64,000 nucleotides of DNA from Escherichia coli O127:H6 str. E2348/69 (lineage in GTDB: Bacteria > Pseudomonadota > Gammaproteobacteria > Enterobacterales > Enterobacteriaceae). Position 1 is the stretch's first letter, and each line of letters starts with the position of its first letter. The notes beneath the pieces were generated by a model. The model had not been told where the DNA came from, ran no database searches, and saw nothing but the letters and a program-made list of their open reading frames with translations. The position numbers and the translations under genes were made by a program. Below are positions 19,701-30,703 of the stretch, piece after piece. The stretch lies in assembly GCF_000026545.1 (NCBI RefSeq), contig NC_011601.1; one strand, written 5' to 3'.

Positions 19701-20380
19701 TATTACTCAAACGCCAGCTAAATCTATTAGGATATGATGTTGATGAAGCCACTGATGGTGTGCAAGCGCTACACAAAGTCAGTATGCAACATTATGATCT
19801 GCTTATTACTGACGTTAATATGCCGAATATGGATGGTTTTGAGTTGACTCGCAAACTCCGTGAGCAAAATTCTTCCTTACCCATCTGGGGGCTTACAGCC
19901 AACGCACAGGCTAACGAACGTGAAAAAGGGTTAAATTGCGGCATGAACTTATGTTTGTTCAAACCGTTGACTCTGGATGTACTGAAAACACATTTAAGTC
20001 AGTTACACCAGGTTGCGCATATTGCACCTCAGTATCGCCACCTTGATATCGAGGCCCTGAAGAATAATACGGCGAATGATCTACAACTGATGCAGGAGAT
20101 TCTCATGACTTTCCAGCATGAAACGCATAAAGATCTACCCGCCGCGTTTCATGCACTAGAAGCTGGCGATAACAGAACTTTCCATCAGTGTATTCATCGC
20201 ATCCACGGTGCGGCTAACATCCTGAATTTGCAAAAGTTGATTAATATTAGCCACCAGTTAGAAATAACACCTGTTTCAGATGACAGTAAGCCTGAAATTC
20301 TTCAGTTGCTGAACTCTGTAAAAGAACACATTGCAGAGCTGGACCAGGAGATTACTGCTTTCTGTCAGCAAAATGACTAA
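16787..20380 (+). CDS. evgS: Hybrid sensor histidine kinase
   Basis: 1197 aa; periplasmic domain, HisKA/HATPase, receiver and HPt domains. Confidence 0.92.
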   Translation: MKFLPYIFLLCCGLWSTISFADGDYIEYRGISSNNRVTLDPLRLSNKELRWLASKKNLVIAVHKSQTATLLHTDSQQRIRGINADYLNLLKRALNIKLTLREYADHQKAMDALEDGEVDIVLSHLVASPPLNDDIAATNPLIITFPALVTTLHDSMRPLTSSKPVNIARVANYPPDEVIHQSFPKATIISFTNLYQALASVSAGQNDYFIGSNIITSSMISRYFTHSLNVVKYYNSPRQYNFLLTRKDSIVLNEVLNRFVDALTNEVRYEVSQNWLDTGNLAFLNKPLELTEHEKQWIKQHPDLKVLENPYSPPYSMTDETGSVRGVMGDILNIITLQTGLNFSPITVSHNIHAGTQLNPGGWDILPAAIYSEDRENNVSFSEVFITTPYVFVMQKAPDSEQTLKKGMKVAIPYYYELHSQLKEMYPEVEWIKVDNASAAFHKVKEGELDALVATQLNSRYMIDHYYPNELYHFLIPGVQNASLSFAFPRGEPELKDIINKALNAIPPSEVLRLTEKWIKMPNVTIDTWDLYSEQFYIVTTLSVLLVGSSLLWGFYLLRSVRRRKVIQGDLENQISFRKALSDSLPNPTYVVNWQGNVISHNSAFEHYFTDDYYKNAMLPLENSESPFKDVFSNTHEVTAETKENRTIYTQVFEIDNGIEKRCINHWHTLCNLPASEHAVYICGWQDITETRDLIHALEVERNKAINATVAKSQFLATMSHEIRTPISSIMGFLELLSGSGLSKEQRVEAISLAYATGQSLLGLIGEILDVDKIESGNYQLQPQWVDIPTLVQNTCHSFAAIAASKSIALSCSSTLPERYLVKIDPQAFKQVLSNLLSNALKFTTEGAVKITTSLGHINDNHAVIKMTIMDSGSGLSQEEQQQLFKRYSQTSAGRQQTGSGLGLMICKELIKNMQGDLSLESHPGIGTIFTITIPVEITQQVAAVEAKAEQPITLPEKLSILIADDHPTNRLLLKRQLNLLGYDVDEATDGVQALHKVSMQHYDLLITDVNMPNMDGFELTRKLREQNSSLPIWGLTANAQANEREKGLNCGMNLCLFKPLTLDVLKTHLSQLHQVAHIAPQYRHLDIEALKNNTANDLQLMQEILMTFQHETHKDLPAAFHALEAGDNRTFHQCIHRIHGAANILNLQKLINISHQLEITPVSDDSKPEILQLLNSVKEHIAELDQEITAFCQQND

Positions 20381-20386
20381 ATAGCG

Positions 20387-20414
20387 GCTCCCACAATGTT
20401 CAAATGTGGGAGCT
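20387..20414. terminator. Bidirectional terminator between evgS and yfdE
   Basis: GCTCCCACA ... TGTGGGAGC hairpin with flanking T/A runs. Confidence 0.5.
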
Positions 20415-20435
20415 ATTTACCAGCACATCTTACAT

Positions 20436-21581
20436 TTATGATGAGAACTCCTGGCGAATTTGTTCCCCATGCTGGTCGAGCGTTGCCGCTCCCGGCATAA
20501 CATGCGGGTCCGCGCAGCCGCTGATTTTTATCGGATTACCCGGCATCATTATTCCCCCGGCTTCAATCAACATATTTCTCGCCTGAGTTTGTGGTAAATT
20601 AATGGCCTCAGCCACACTTAATAACGGCGCGACGGGCACACCAACTTCATGTATTCTGGCTAACCAAACTTCAGCTGCCTGCGTTTTTAACGTTCGCTCA
20701 ATATATTGTTTAAGAATAGCCTGGTTTTGTACGCGTAAAATATTGCTGCTAAATCGGGGATCATTAACCAGTTCTGTAAGCTCCAGTGCCTGGCATAACA
20801 CAGAAAAAAGCTTGTCATTACCACAACAAATCGTAATCGGCTTATCCTGAGTATCAAAAACATCAAAAGGTGCCATGTAGGGGTGACGATTTCCCAGACG
20901 TTGTGGTGACTTCCCAGTCGCGATATATGCCATCAGTCCGTGCTCCAGAAAACTCAGAGTGGCATCAAACATCGCTATATCGACATGCGCCCCTCGTTGG
21001 CTCTTTTCGCGGCCATAAAGTGCACTCACTATTCCACTGAATAAATAGACACCGCCACATAAATCCGCAAGAGAGGTACCCACGCGCACTGGCGGAGCAT
21101 CAGGGTATCCCGTTTCCATCATTATCCCGCTCATTGCCTGAATGATGGTATCGTAGGCAGGAGCATCTTTTAGCGGGCCGGTATGTCCGAAACCTGACGA
21201 TGAAGCATAGATGAGGCGCGGGTTGATTTCTTGTAGCGTTTCCCATGAAAACCCGAGTTTTTCCATTGTACCTAGGCGAAAATTCTCAGCTAATACATCC
21301 GCTTGTTTAAGCATATTTATAAATATGCTTTTATCGTGATCATTCTTTAAATCAAGAACCACACTCTCTTTGCCATGATTAATAAAACTGTAATAGAGTG
21401 ACTGTCCATCCACATAGGGACCAAATGTGCGGGTATCATCACCATGACCCGGCGGCTCAACTTTAATTACCCTTGCACCCATATTACAAAGAAGTTGAGT
21501 TCCGAAAGGCCCATTAAGGACATGCGTCATATCGATAACTAATAAGCCTTCAAACGGCCCTTTGCATTCATTATTTGTCAT
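20436..21581 (-). CDS. yfdE: Acetyl-CoA:oxalate CoA-transferase (family III CoA transferase)
   Basis: 381 aa from MTNNECKGPFEGLLVIDMTHV; CaiB/BaiF family. Confidence 0.85.
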   Translation of the reverse strand: MTNNECKGPFEGLLVIDMTHVLNGPFGTQLLCNMGARVIKVEPPGHGDDTRTFGPYVDGQSLYYSFINHGKESVVLDLKNDHDKSIFINMLKQADVLAENFRLGTMEKLGFSWETLQEINPRLIYASSSGFGHTGPLKDAPAYDTIIQAMSGIMMETGYPDAPPVRVGTSLADLCGGVYLFSGIVSALYGREKSQRGAHVDIAMFDATLSFLEHGLMAYIATGKSPQRLGNRHPYMAPFDVFDTQDKPITICCGNDKLFSVLCQALELTELVNDPRFSSNILRVQNQAILKQYIERTLKTQAAEVWLARIHEVGVPVAPLLSVAEAINLPQTQARNMLIEAGGIMMPGNPIKISGCADPHVMPGAATLDQHGEQIRQEFSS

Positions 21582-21654
21582 TTGCTTATGCCTTGAAAAA
21601 AGCCGAAGGTGAAAAGACACTTCGGCATTTATGTAAAATAAATAACATGATTAA

Positions 21655-22599
21655 TTATGAAACCAGTCGACTGACATAAATCCACAAAGGAGCCGTGACG
21701 ACAAAACCCAGTACGCTCACAGCCAATGACGCTGTACCAGTGCGGGTGTAGACATTAAACCGACTGGCAATAATGATTCCGGAGAATGCCGGCGGTAATG
21801 CGCCTGCCAGTACCATCATCTGCAGATGTTCGCTGTTCAAATGACATGCCATACCGACGAGAAGCAGCGCCAGTGGCATCAGAATCAGCTTCAGGAAAGT
21901 GTTATAAGCAATTTCGGCACTGAACTCGAATTTATGTGCAGCCAGAGTCAACCCCGCAGCAAATACCGCTACCCCTGAGTTAGCCTTCGCAATCAGATTA
22001 AAGGTTGGGTCCCATGCTGCCGGAATTTTTACCCCAACCAATACCAGGATCGTTGCCAGAACAGGTGCCCATACTACTGGCTCCTTTGCCGCAGAAATTA
22101 ATGCGCTCAGATTACTATTCTTCTTACCATCCGCTCCTGAGGAAGGATTCAGCAAATACAGACCAATAGGAATAGTAATTGCGTTAACAATAATAGAAAT
22201 AATTGCTACCACTAAACCTGTTGATACGGAATCACCATAAATAGGATCGAGAACTGCAAATCCCAGGAATCCGATGGTAGGTGAACCTGCAATTAATGCA
22301 CATACTGCTGCTTCTGCATGGGTACGTTTAAAAAATTTGTAGCAACCAAACCAGGAGAAAAAGAAACATCCGACAATAACCACAAGTGATACAAGGGTCA
22401 GACGAGTGTCCGCAAAAATCATTTCCCTGTTTGCCCGGGTAATAGAAACAAATAGGGCCGCAGGAAGAGCGTAGTTTAATACCAGTTTATTAAATGCCCG
22501 GGCTTGATCTTCTGAAAAAGTTTCTCGTCTGCCGCTAAAATAACCCAACAGCATGATTACGATAATAGGCAATAAATCGCCAATAAAAAATGTTAGCAT
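21655..22599 (-). CDS. yfdV: AEC-family membrane transporter
   Basis: 314 aa polytopic membrane protein; position between yfdE and oxc. Confidence 0.85.
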
Positions 22600-22668
22600 A
22601 ATAGTATTTCCGATAAGGGTCCCCTCACCATCGCATAATGAGTTGGCAAGAGGAGACGATGTCAGTAT

Positions 22669-24363
22669 TTAATTACCAGCGACTTGTTTTGGGTTAAGTT
22701 TGGTAATATGGCCACTTTCAGTTCCTGCTGCAGGGTCGATGACCACATTAATAATGGTCGGTTTGCGCGACTGAATACCGGTGGTTAAAGCATGACGAAG
22801 TTCATCTGTCGTGGTGACGTTATAGCCAACGCCACGAAACGCATCCATTAATTTGTCATACCTTGCATGGTGCAGCAGATCCGTTGGTGATGGTGCACCA
22901 GCGCCACTGAGATCAACACCGTCTCCTCTGTAGATGCCGCCATTATTAAAAATAACGATCGTCACCGGCAGGTTATATCGACAAATCGTTTCAATCTCCA
23001 TCCCACTGAAACCAAAAGCACTATCACCTTCAATGGCGACAACCGGAGAACCAGAGGTCACGCTAGCACCGATGGCATAGCCCATACCGATGCCCATGAC
23101 ACCCCAGGTGCCACAATCCAGACGACGACGTGGTTTATACATATCAATAATATTTCGTGCATTATCCAGGGTATTTGCCCCTTCATTAACTAAATAAATA
23201 TCCTGGTTCTCGCGCAAAACATCGCGCACAGCACTCAATGCATTAAAGTAATTTAATGGTTGGGTATCTGTACTTAACTTTTCATGCATTTTTTGTGCAT
23301 TTTGCTGCTTGTGGATATTTAAAATATCGCGCCACACCAGTGGAGTCGTGAATGTGTTTTGTTTCAATTCTGCCAGCATACCTTGCATACTGGATGCAAT
23401 ATCGCCAACGACTGGAACAGCAATGGGGCGGTTGCTGTCAATTTCCTGCGGTTCAATATCCAGTTGAATAAACTGTGTATCTGCCGCCCATCCTTTTTTA
23501 CCGTGTGCCAGTAACCAATTCAGTCGTGCACCGACAAGCATGACAACGTCAGCATTTGCCAGGGCAAACGAACGCGCAGCTGCCGCAGAAAGTGGATGCG
23601 TATCTTCGAGGATCCCTTTCGCCATAGACATTGGCAGGAATGGAATCTGGGCACTTTCAATAAATTCACGAAGCTGTTCATCAGATTGTGAATACGCCGC
23701 GCCTTTGCCAAGGATAACTAATGGTCGTTCAGCTTTTGCTAAAAGCGAAATTGCGCTAGCGACTGACTTTGGGCATGGCAATAATGCTGGCGACGGATTT
23801 TCAACTTTAACAATCGTGGTTAACGCTTCGTCTTTTTCCATCGTCGCGGCCAGGACATTTGCTGGCAAATCAAGATAAACACCGCCAGGACGACCCGATA
23901 CTGAGACCCGGATAGCGCGTGCCAATGCAATGCCAAGATCCTGCGGCTGATTAACGCGAAATGCTGCTTTGGCATACGGTTTTGCCGCATTCATTTGGTC
24001 CAGCTCTTCATAATCACCTTGCTGGAGATCGACGATCGCGCGGTCGCTGGAGCCGCTAATCATGATCATCGGAAAACCATTTACCGTTGCATTGGCCAAT
24101 GCAGTCAAACCGTTGAGGAATCCTGGCGCAGACACTGTCAGGCAGATCCCTGGTTTTTGGGTAAGAAAACCGCTTGCTGCAGCGGCATAGCCTGCCGACT
24201 GCTCATGACGAAAACCAATATAACGAATGCCTTCCGCCTGGGCATGGCGCGCCATATCCGTCACAGGAATACCTACAACACCATAAATAGTGTCAATATT
24301 ATTCTGTTTTAATGCTTCAACGATGATATGCATACCATCTGTCATTTGAAGTTGATCTGACAT
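22669..24363 (-). CDS. oxc: Oxalyl-CoA decarboxylase (ThDP-dependent)
   Basis: 564 aa; ThDP-binding motif GDSAFGFSGME...NNGGIY. Confidence 0.9.
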   Translation of the reverse strand: MSDQLQMTDGMHIIVEALKQNNIDTIYGVVGIPVTDMARHAQAEGIRYIGFRHEQSAGYAAAASGFLTQKPGICLTVSAPGFLNGLTALANATVNGFPMIMISGSSDRAIVDLQQGDYEELDQMNAAKPYAKAAFRVNQPQDLGIALARAIRVSVSGRPGGVYLDLPANVLAATMEKDEALTTIVKVENPSPALLPCPKSVASAISLLAKAERPLVILGKGAAYSQSDEQLREFIESAQIPFLPMSMAKGILEDTHPLSAAAARSFALANADVVMLVGARLNWLLAHGKKGWAADTQFIQLDIEPQEIDSNRPIAVPVVGDIASSMQGMLAELKQNTFTTPLVWRDILNIHKQQNAQKMHEKLSTDTQPLNYFNALSAVRDVLRENQDIYLVNEGANTLDNARNIIDMYKPRRRLDCGTWGVMGIGMGYAIGASVTSGSPVVAIEGDSAFGFSGMEIETICRYNLPVTIVIFNNGGIYRGDGVDLSGAGAPSPTDLLHHARYDKLMDAFRGVGYNVTTTDELRHALTTGIQSRKPTIINVVIDPAAGTESGHITKLNPKQVAGN

Positions 24364-24416
24364 GATTAATAACCTCGAAATTTTTATAAATTGGGAGCCA
24401 GAAGCCCCCGTTAATA

Positions 24417-25667
24417 TCAGATGGCGTGGTTTTGCTTCATTGCAGCAATTTCATCGTCGCTATAACCCAGCTCCTGCAATACAGCAGCGGTATGTTCACC
24501 TAATAGCGGAGCAGCTTTAATATCCGGCGTAAAGGCAGAGAACTTCATTGGACAACCAACTGTCAGATATTTTCCACGCAACGGTTGTTCCACTTCGACA
24601 ACACTGCCACTTTGGCGCAACGAGGGATCAAGTGAAATTTCTTTCATACTTAAAACCGGTGCACAAGGAATATCAAACTGAGTCAAATAGGCCACAGCTT
24701 CATGTTTATCAATAGTGACAGTGTATTTTTCGATTTCAGCAAAAATATCGAAAATATGTGGCTGTCGGGCATGGGCTGTACTGTATGCCGGATCGGTAAT
24801 CCATTCTGGTTTGCCGATGGCTTTACAGGTGTTTTCCCAGTTTTGCTCCTGAATAGTGAAATAAATATAGGCGTTAGGATCGGTTTCCCAGCCTTTACAT
24901 TTCAGGATCCAGCCAGGCTGACCGCCCCCACCTGCATTACCACCGCGGGGAACTGCATCACCAAATGTGCCATTCGGATACTGCGGGTATTCTTCCAGAT
25001 ACCCCAACTTATCGAGACGCTGCTGGTCGCGTAATTTCACGCGGCAAAGGTTCAACACGGCATCCTGCATTGACATGGTGACTCGTTGCCCACGCCCCGT
25101 TTTTTCGCGATGCAGCAAAGCAGCAAGTAAACCGATCAGCAAATGCATTCCGGTGTTGCTGTCACCCAACGCTGCAGCGCTTACCAGCGGCGGACCGTCC
25201 CAAAAACCTGTAGTAGATGCCGCGCCACCCGCTGCCTGAGCAACGTTTTCATAGGCTTTTACATTCACATAAGGCGAACACTCATCAAACCCTTTGATCG
25301 AACCAAAAATCAGACGTGGATTGATTTCTTGAATATGCTCCCAGGTGAAGCCCATATGATCAATGGCCCCTGGATGAAAGTTCTCGACTAAGATATCAGC
25401 TTCGCGGATCAGCTTTTCCATTACCTCTTTGCCTTCCGCTGTTTTGGTATTTAATTCAATAGAACGTTTGTTACTGTTAAGCATGGTGAAGTAAAGCGCA
25501 TCGATATCGGGAATATCTCGCAGCTGGTGACGCGTTACGTCACCAACGCCGGGACGTTCAATTTTAATGACGTCAGCGCCAAACCAGGCCAGCATCTGAG
25601 TACAAGATGGGCCAGATTGCACACCGGTGAAATCGAGAACTTTAATTCCTTGAAGTGGAGTTGACAT
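24417..25667 (-). CDS. frc: Formyl-CoA:oxalate CoA-transferase
   Basis: 416 aa; family III CoA transferase paralogous to yfdE. Confidence 0.9.
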
Positions 25668-25917
25668 AGCAATACCTATTAGTTAATTAAATATGTGTTA
25701 ATTTAGCGTTTATTTAAGGCATAACGCCTCTATAAATAATCTGCAAAATATCGTCGTAGCTGCACTCGATATTTTTAAATTCCTGTATCAAGTGCTGAAA
25801 ATCATTTCATCGCCACTTCCAATTCCTTTCTGCATGGTAAGTAGTGAGGACGAAAAGAAGAATATAATAAATATTGGTTCGCGGTAATCAGAGAGAGCCG
25901 TGACATTTGTGATGTTA

Positions 25918-25935
25918 TTCTTACAACTGTAAGAA
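25918..25935. promoter_or_regulatory. EvgA box upstream of frc
   Basis: Perfect inverted repeat TTCTTACA-AC-TGTAAGAA. Confidence 0.6.
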
Positions 25936-26178
25936 GTGTCAGTGATTTACAAGTAAGGTTATGATTACACTATTTAAAGCGTACCATAAAATATAACATA
26001 ATAAATGATTTGTGATAACATGGGATTATTGCGGTTTACTTTGAGGAAGATAAAGTGCGAGTTTATAGAACCGCGAGCGCCAAATAATTTTATGACCACA
26101 ACCTGTCGTATTGTGGTCATAAAAAATTGTCGGCTGGAGGGAGTTAAATCCTTTACCTCAATATATTGCCTGTCAGGT

Positions 26179-26811
26179 TTAGTTCACAAACAGTGCTTCG
26201 CTATCGACGATGATTCCATCTTCCGCACCTTTAAGCGCCAGGTTTGCCTCGTAGTATTGCTTTTTATCAAGCAGTTTCTGTGCATCAGCAAGTGCATTAC
26301 GAGTCTGTTTAAGCGGCATCAAATATTGGTTTTCCATTACACCAACACCGGCCAGGCGAAGCTCTTCCATTGCACCCTTTTTATCCCCTTTCGCCATTTT
26401 TTCGTTGGCAATTTTTATCGCGGCTTCTTTTTCGGGGGTTGCTACATAACTCTCAGAAATTCCGACAGATGCATTAATGACAATATATTGGTCATCATTG
26501 ACGTTGGTCTTTTTACCTGGTTTAGCGAACTTTGCCCATTCGGTACTATCATCTGACAGCAAAGCGGAAGCTTCATTGGTCAGTTCTTTTGCCTTTTCCG
26601 GATCGCCATGAAACAGAGCCAGGCGCGCTACCTGCACGTCACGCATCGCATATAAACCTTGTTCAGAGATACGCTCTGCTGCTGCCGTTTTCTGGGTTTG
26701 CTTAACTTGCTGAGTTTGCTGTTGTGCCGCTACCGGTGCATTATCAGTAGCCCATACAGTTGAAGATGCCAGAATTGCTGTGACCATCGTAGCCATAATT
26801 AAACGTTTCAT
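26179..26811 (-). CDS. yfdX: Periplasmic protein YfdX (EvgA regulon)
   Basis: 210 aa with signal peptide; translation matches YfdX. Confidence 0.85.
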   Translation of the reverse strand: MKRLIMATMVTAILASSTVWATDNAPVAAQQQTQQVKQTQKTAAAERISEQGLYAMRDVQVARLALFHGDPEKAKELTNEASALLSDDSTEWAKFAKPGKKTNVNDDQYIVINASVGISESYVATPEKEAAIKIANEKMAKGDKKGAMEELRLAGVGVMENQYLMPLKQTRNALADAQKLLDKKQYYEANLALKGAEDGIIVDSEALFVN

Positions 26812-26946
26812 ACTTACCTCATTCTTTAACAGTTTTAGAAAACGCCGCCATCATATTGGGTGAGCATGAAATGAGAAATCAGAGAGCAACGGTCATTTTG
26901 AAAGGGTTATCTTACAACTGTAGTTATTATCGCAAAGCCGCTTTTA

Positions 26947-26964
26947 GTCTTACAGTTGTAGGAA
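26947..26964. promoter_or_regulatory. EvgA box upstream of yfdX
   Basis: Reverse strand reads TTCCTACA-AC-TGTAAGAC; a weaker second copy lies at ~26905..26925. Confidence 0.55.
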
Positions 26965-27105
26965 TCTGCTTCCTGTCGCAGAGAACTATTCTTATATACC
27001 ACAAAGATATGTCATTTATTATATCGATGTAAATACTGATTAATTAAATATAAATACAGCCATAACATCGTAGGTTTTCAGTGAACCATTTTCAGGATAT
27101 TTTCT

Positions 27106-27381
27106 ATGAAAGTAAACTTAATGCTTTTTAGCTTATTTTTATTTGTCTCTATTATGGCATGCAATGTTTTTGCATTTTCTATTTCTGGTGGTGGTAGTGA
27201 GGCGAGCTATAAAGAGACAGAAAAAACGTCAGTGATGACGACAACGCATTCTACAAAACTTCAGCCATCACAGGCGATTTTGTTTAAGATGAGAGAAGAT
27301 GCACCACCATTAAACCTCACAGAAGACATCACGCCTACTTATCCGACAAAGGCGAATTATCTCATTCATCCTTTGCGATAG
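27106..27381 (+). CDS. ypdI: Small lipoprotein
   Basis: 91 aa; signal peptide with cysteine; position. Confidence 0.75.
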   Translation: MKVNLMLFSLFLFVSIMACNVFAFSISGGGSEASYKETEKTSVMTTTHSTKLQPSQAILFKMREDAPPLNLTEDITPTYPTKANYLIHPLR

Positions 27382-27457
27382 CGTCTGTCACCTGGCAGGT
27401 GAACAATCATGTCTGATGCTGATGTGAACACCTGCCCAAATGAGCCATCCTGACCCA

Positions 27458-27700
27458 CTATCGCCTGCCATACCCCACCATAAAGCGAATCATCAAGCCA
27501 CAAGCCGGGGCAAGAAACATAAATATCCCCGTCACCAGTTCATTACCGCCAGTTAACCACATGGTGAAGTAATAAATGAGTGCAGCGAGGATCACCATGC
27601 CGAAGAAAGAAGAGATCGCCGATACCATGTTCAGTACCTGACCGATGTATCCGCTTACGCAGACAATACACAGGGCGAGAAACATCCATAAATAAATCAT
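27458..27700 (-). CDS. yfdY: Small inner-membrane protein (DUF2545)
   Basis: 80 aa with two TM helices. Confidence 0.75.
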   Translation of the reverse strand: MIYLWMFLALCIVCVSGYIGQVLNMVSAISSFFGMVILAALIYYFTMWLTGGNELVTGIFMFLAPACGLMIRFMVGYGRR

Positions 27701-28052
27701 AGCTCAACCTCCTGCCGCGCTAAAAAACCTGTAACTTCAGTCACTTTAATAGTAAGACAATCCTTAACCTCTGGCAATTTTTGCTAAGCATCAATGAAAA
27801 CAGCATGTTAAATGCAAGACTGTTGTGTACGGAAAAATATTTACTTTGCACGATTAATAATCAGTAGCTGAAAGCAGTCAGCGAGTGATAAAGTACAGAT
27901 ACCGCATTCATGCTCCTCGTGGTTATGTCCTGACTAGTCTTTACACTCTTTACAGGAACCATTGTCGTACATGATGGCCTAATCAATTGAGTGTACCGCT
28001 GTCGACATGGAATCTTCTGCGATACAACAATTCGTATCTACAGAAGGTAACT

Positions 28053-28973
28053 ATGTTTCCAAAATGCAAATTTTCCCGCGAGTTTCTGCATCCTCGCTAC
28101 TGGCTCACGTGGTTTGGGCTTGGTGTACTCTGGCTTTGGGTACAGCTTCCTTATCCTGTTCTCTGCTTTCTCGGCACGCGTATCGGCACAATGGCGCGAC
28201 CATTCCTGAAACGTCGTGAATCTATCGCCCGTAAAAACCTGGAACTTTGTTTCCCGCAGCATTCTGCGAAAGAGCGCGAGAAGATGATTGCCGAAAACTT
28301 TCGTTCACTCGGCATGGCGCTGGTAGAAACCGGCATGGCGTGGTTCTGGCCCGACAGTCGCGTACGTAAATGGTTTGATGTTGAAGGGCTGGATAACCTC
28401 AAACGCGCACAACTGCAAAATCGTGGCGTGATGGTTGTCGGCGTCCATTTTATGTCGCTGGAACTGGGCGGCCGCGTGATGGGACTGTGCCAACCAATGA
28501 TGGCTACCTATCGTCCACATAATAATCAGCTGATGGAATGGGTGCAGACCCGTGGGCGCATGCGCTCTAACAAAGCGATGATCGGCAGAAATAATCTGCG
28601 CGGCATTGTCGGTGCACTGAAGAAAGGTGAAGCGGTTTGGTTTGCTCCCGATCAGGATTATGGTCGTAAAGGCAGCTCCTTCGCGCCGTTCTTTGCGGTA
28701 GAAAATGTCGCCACAACCAATGGCACCTATGTCCTCTCCCGTCTCTCTGGCGCAGCCATGTTGACCGTAACGATGGTAAGAAAAGCGGATTACAGCGGAT
28801 ATCGTTTGTTCATCACCCCAGAAATGGAAGGCTACCCGGCAGATGAAAATCAAGCCGCTGCCTATATGAACAAGATTATCGAGAAAGAGATCATGCGCGC
28901 GCCGGAGCAGTACCTATGGATCCACCGTCGCTTTAAAACGCGCCCGGTGGGAGAATCGTCGCTATACATTTAA
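28053..28973 (+). CDS. lpxP: Lipid A palmitoleoyl-ACP acyltransferase (cold-induced LpxL paralogue)
   Basis: 306 aa from MFPKCKFSREFLHPRYW; HtrB/MsbB family. Confidence 0.88.
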   Translation: MFPKCKFSREFLHPRYWLTWFGLGVLWLWVQLPYPVLCFLGTRIGTMARPFLKRRESIARKNLELCFPQHSAKEREKMIAENFRSLGMALVETGMAWFWPDSRVRKWFDVEGLDNLKRAQLQNRGVMVVGVHFMSLELGGRVMGLCQPMMATYRPHNNQLMEWVQTRGRMRSNKAMIGRNNLRGIVGALKKGEAVWFAPDQDYGRKGSSFAPFFAVENVATTNGTYVLSRLSGAAMLTVTMVRKADYSGYRLFITPEMEGYPADENQAAAYMNKIIEKEIMRAPEQYLWIHRRFKTRPVGESSLYI

Positions 28974-29328
28974 CAAACTGCTCTTACTCTTTCCCTCCTC
29001 AAATCAGCCATAATAACCTCATGGTTTTTATGGCTTTTTTCTTAAGGTTTTTTCCTTCGCTGAATCTCTAATTATTACCGTCAGAAATTAAACTGTCGCC
29101 GATATGAGACACCTGTAAGTTACTAAAAGTAAATAAGAAAATGCCTCTTGTCTCGTTTCAGTTTTAGGCGTACATTAGCGCCGTCTCGAGCAGTTTAGCT
29201 CAGAATTCTGGGGTGATGCCCACGGTAAAATACAGGGCTTTTAAGGTCGTTTTGCCCGGTGTCAACTCACTGTATCAGGTGTAATGAAGTCATTCAGGCG
29301 TAACAGTAATTACGCGGAGAGATGTAAA

Positions 29329-29400
29329 GTGAAATATTTCTTTATGGGCATTTCTTTTATGGTCATCGTTTGGGCCGGTACTTTTGCCCTGATGATCTAA
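29329..29400 (+). CDS. ypdK: Very small membrane protein (23 aa)
   Basis: VKYFFMGISFMVIVWAGTFALMI with GTG start and GGAGAG RBS; not in the ORF track because of its size. Confidence 0.6.
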   Translation: MKYFFMGISFMVIVWAGTFALMI

Positions 29401-29420
29401 AAGCAAACTGTGCAATGAAA

Positions 29421-29444
29421 AACAGGAGCCATCAGGCTCCTGTT
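29421..29444. terminator. Bidirectional terminator between ypdK and yfdZ
   Basis: AACAGGAGCC-ATCA-GGCTCCTGTT hairpin followed by a T-run. Confidence 0.55.
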
Positions 29445-29464
29445 TGCATTTTTGAGGTCGGTGT

Positions 29465-30703
29465 TTATTCCGCGTTTTCGTGAATATGTTTGCTGCTGGC
29501 GGGTAGTAAACCATCGGCACGGAACATCGCTTTAATCCCACGAATCGCCTGACGAATACGGTCGCGGTTTTCAATCAGTGCAAAGCGCACATGCGTGTCG
29601 CCGTAGTCGCCAAAGCCAATCCCTGGAGAGACACAGACCTTCGCTTCGTTAAGCAATTTCTTGGCAAATTCCAGCGAGCCCATGGCAGCATACGGTTCCG
29701 GGATTTTCGCCCAGACATACATCGAAGCCTTCGGCATTTCGACCATCCAGCCCGCTTCATGCAGCCCTTTCACCAGCACATCGCGGCGGCGTTTGTACTG
29801 TTCGGCAATATCGCGCACGCACTGTTGATCGCCCTCCAGCGCCGCAATAGCCGCCACCTGCAACGGCGTAAAGGTGCCGTAATCGTGATAGCTTTTAATA
29901 CGTGCCAACGCGCTGACCAGCGTTTTGTTACCGACCATAAAGCCGATACGCCAGCCCGCCATGTTGTAGCTTTTCGACAGCGTAAAGAACTCGACCGCCA
30001 CGTCGCGTGCACCTGGCACCTGCATGATTGACGGCGCTTTCCAGCCATCGTAGACGATATCGGCATAGGCCAGGTCGTGGACCACCAGCACATCGTAGCG
30101 TTTAGCCAGCGCCACAACCTTCTCAAAGAATTCCAGTTCCACGCATTGCGCGGTTGGGTTTGACGGGAAGCCGAGGATCATCATCTTCGGTTTCGGATAA
30201 CTTTCACGAATGGCGCGCTCCAGTTCATTGAAGAAGTCGACACCTTCCACCAGCGGCACTGAGCGTACCTGCGCCCCGGCAATCACCGCGCCATAAATAT
30301 GAATGGGGTAACTTGGATTCGGCACCAGCACTGTGTCACCGTGATCCAGTGTCGCCAGCATCAGATGCGCCAGGCCCTCTTTCGAACCAATAGTGACGAT
30401 GGCTTCTGATTCCGGGTCGATTTCAACGTCGTAGCGATCCTGATACCAGCGGGAAATGGCGCGACGTAACCGCGGAATGCCGCGTGAAGTGGAGTAACCA
30501 TGCGTGTCCGGGCGCTGGGCCACCGTACATAATTTTTCGACGATATGCGGCGGAGTCGCACCGTCCGGGTTACCCATACTGAAATCGATAATATCTTCGC
30601 CGCGCCGACGCGCAGCCATTTTCAGTTCAGCGGTAATGTTAAAAACGTAGGGCGGGAGACGATCAATACGCGTAAAGCGACGTTCAGGGCGAGTGTCAGC
30701 CAT
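29465..30703 (-). CDS. alaC: PLP-dependent aminotransferase (glutamate-pyruvate type)
   Basis: 412 aa class I/II aminotransferase; translation matches YfdZ/AlaC. Confidence 0.88.
   Translation of the reverse strand: MADTRPERRFTRIDRLPPYVFNITAELKMAARRRGEDIIDFSMGNPDGATPPHIVEKLCTVAQRPDTHGYSTSRGIPRLRRAISRWYQDRYDVEIDPESEAIVTIGSKEGLAHLMLATLDHGDTVLVPNPSYPIHIYGAVIAGAQVRSVPLVEGVDFFNELERAIRESYPKPKMMILGFPSNPTAQCVELEFFEKVVALAKRYDVLVVHDLAYADIVYDGWKAPSIMQVPGARDVAVEFFTLSKSYNMAGWRIGFMVGNKTLVSALARIKSYHDYGTFTPLQVAAIAALEGDQQCVRDIAEQYKRRRDVLVKGLHEAGWMVEMPKASMYVWAKIPEPYAAMGSLEFAKKLLNEAKVCVSPGIGFGDYGDTHVRFALIENRDRIRQAIRGIKAMFRADGLLPASSKHIHENAE

Noticed and set aside
20436-21620. Upstream-extended starts in the ORF track for yfdE, lpxP, yfeN, nupC, pdeA, cscR, cscA, ypeB
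   Set aside because: Internal starts give the expected protein N-termini (signal peptides, conserved first residues) and better RBS placement; the extensions are not supported.
26005-26556. 183-aa plus-strand ORF overlapping yfdX
   Set aside because: Starts in the AT-rich intergenic region and runs antisense through yfdX; low-complexity F/C/I-rich translation.
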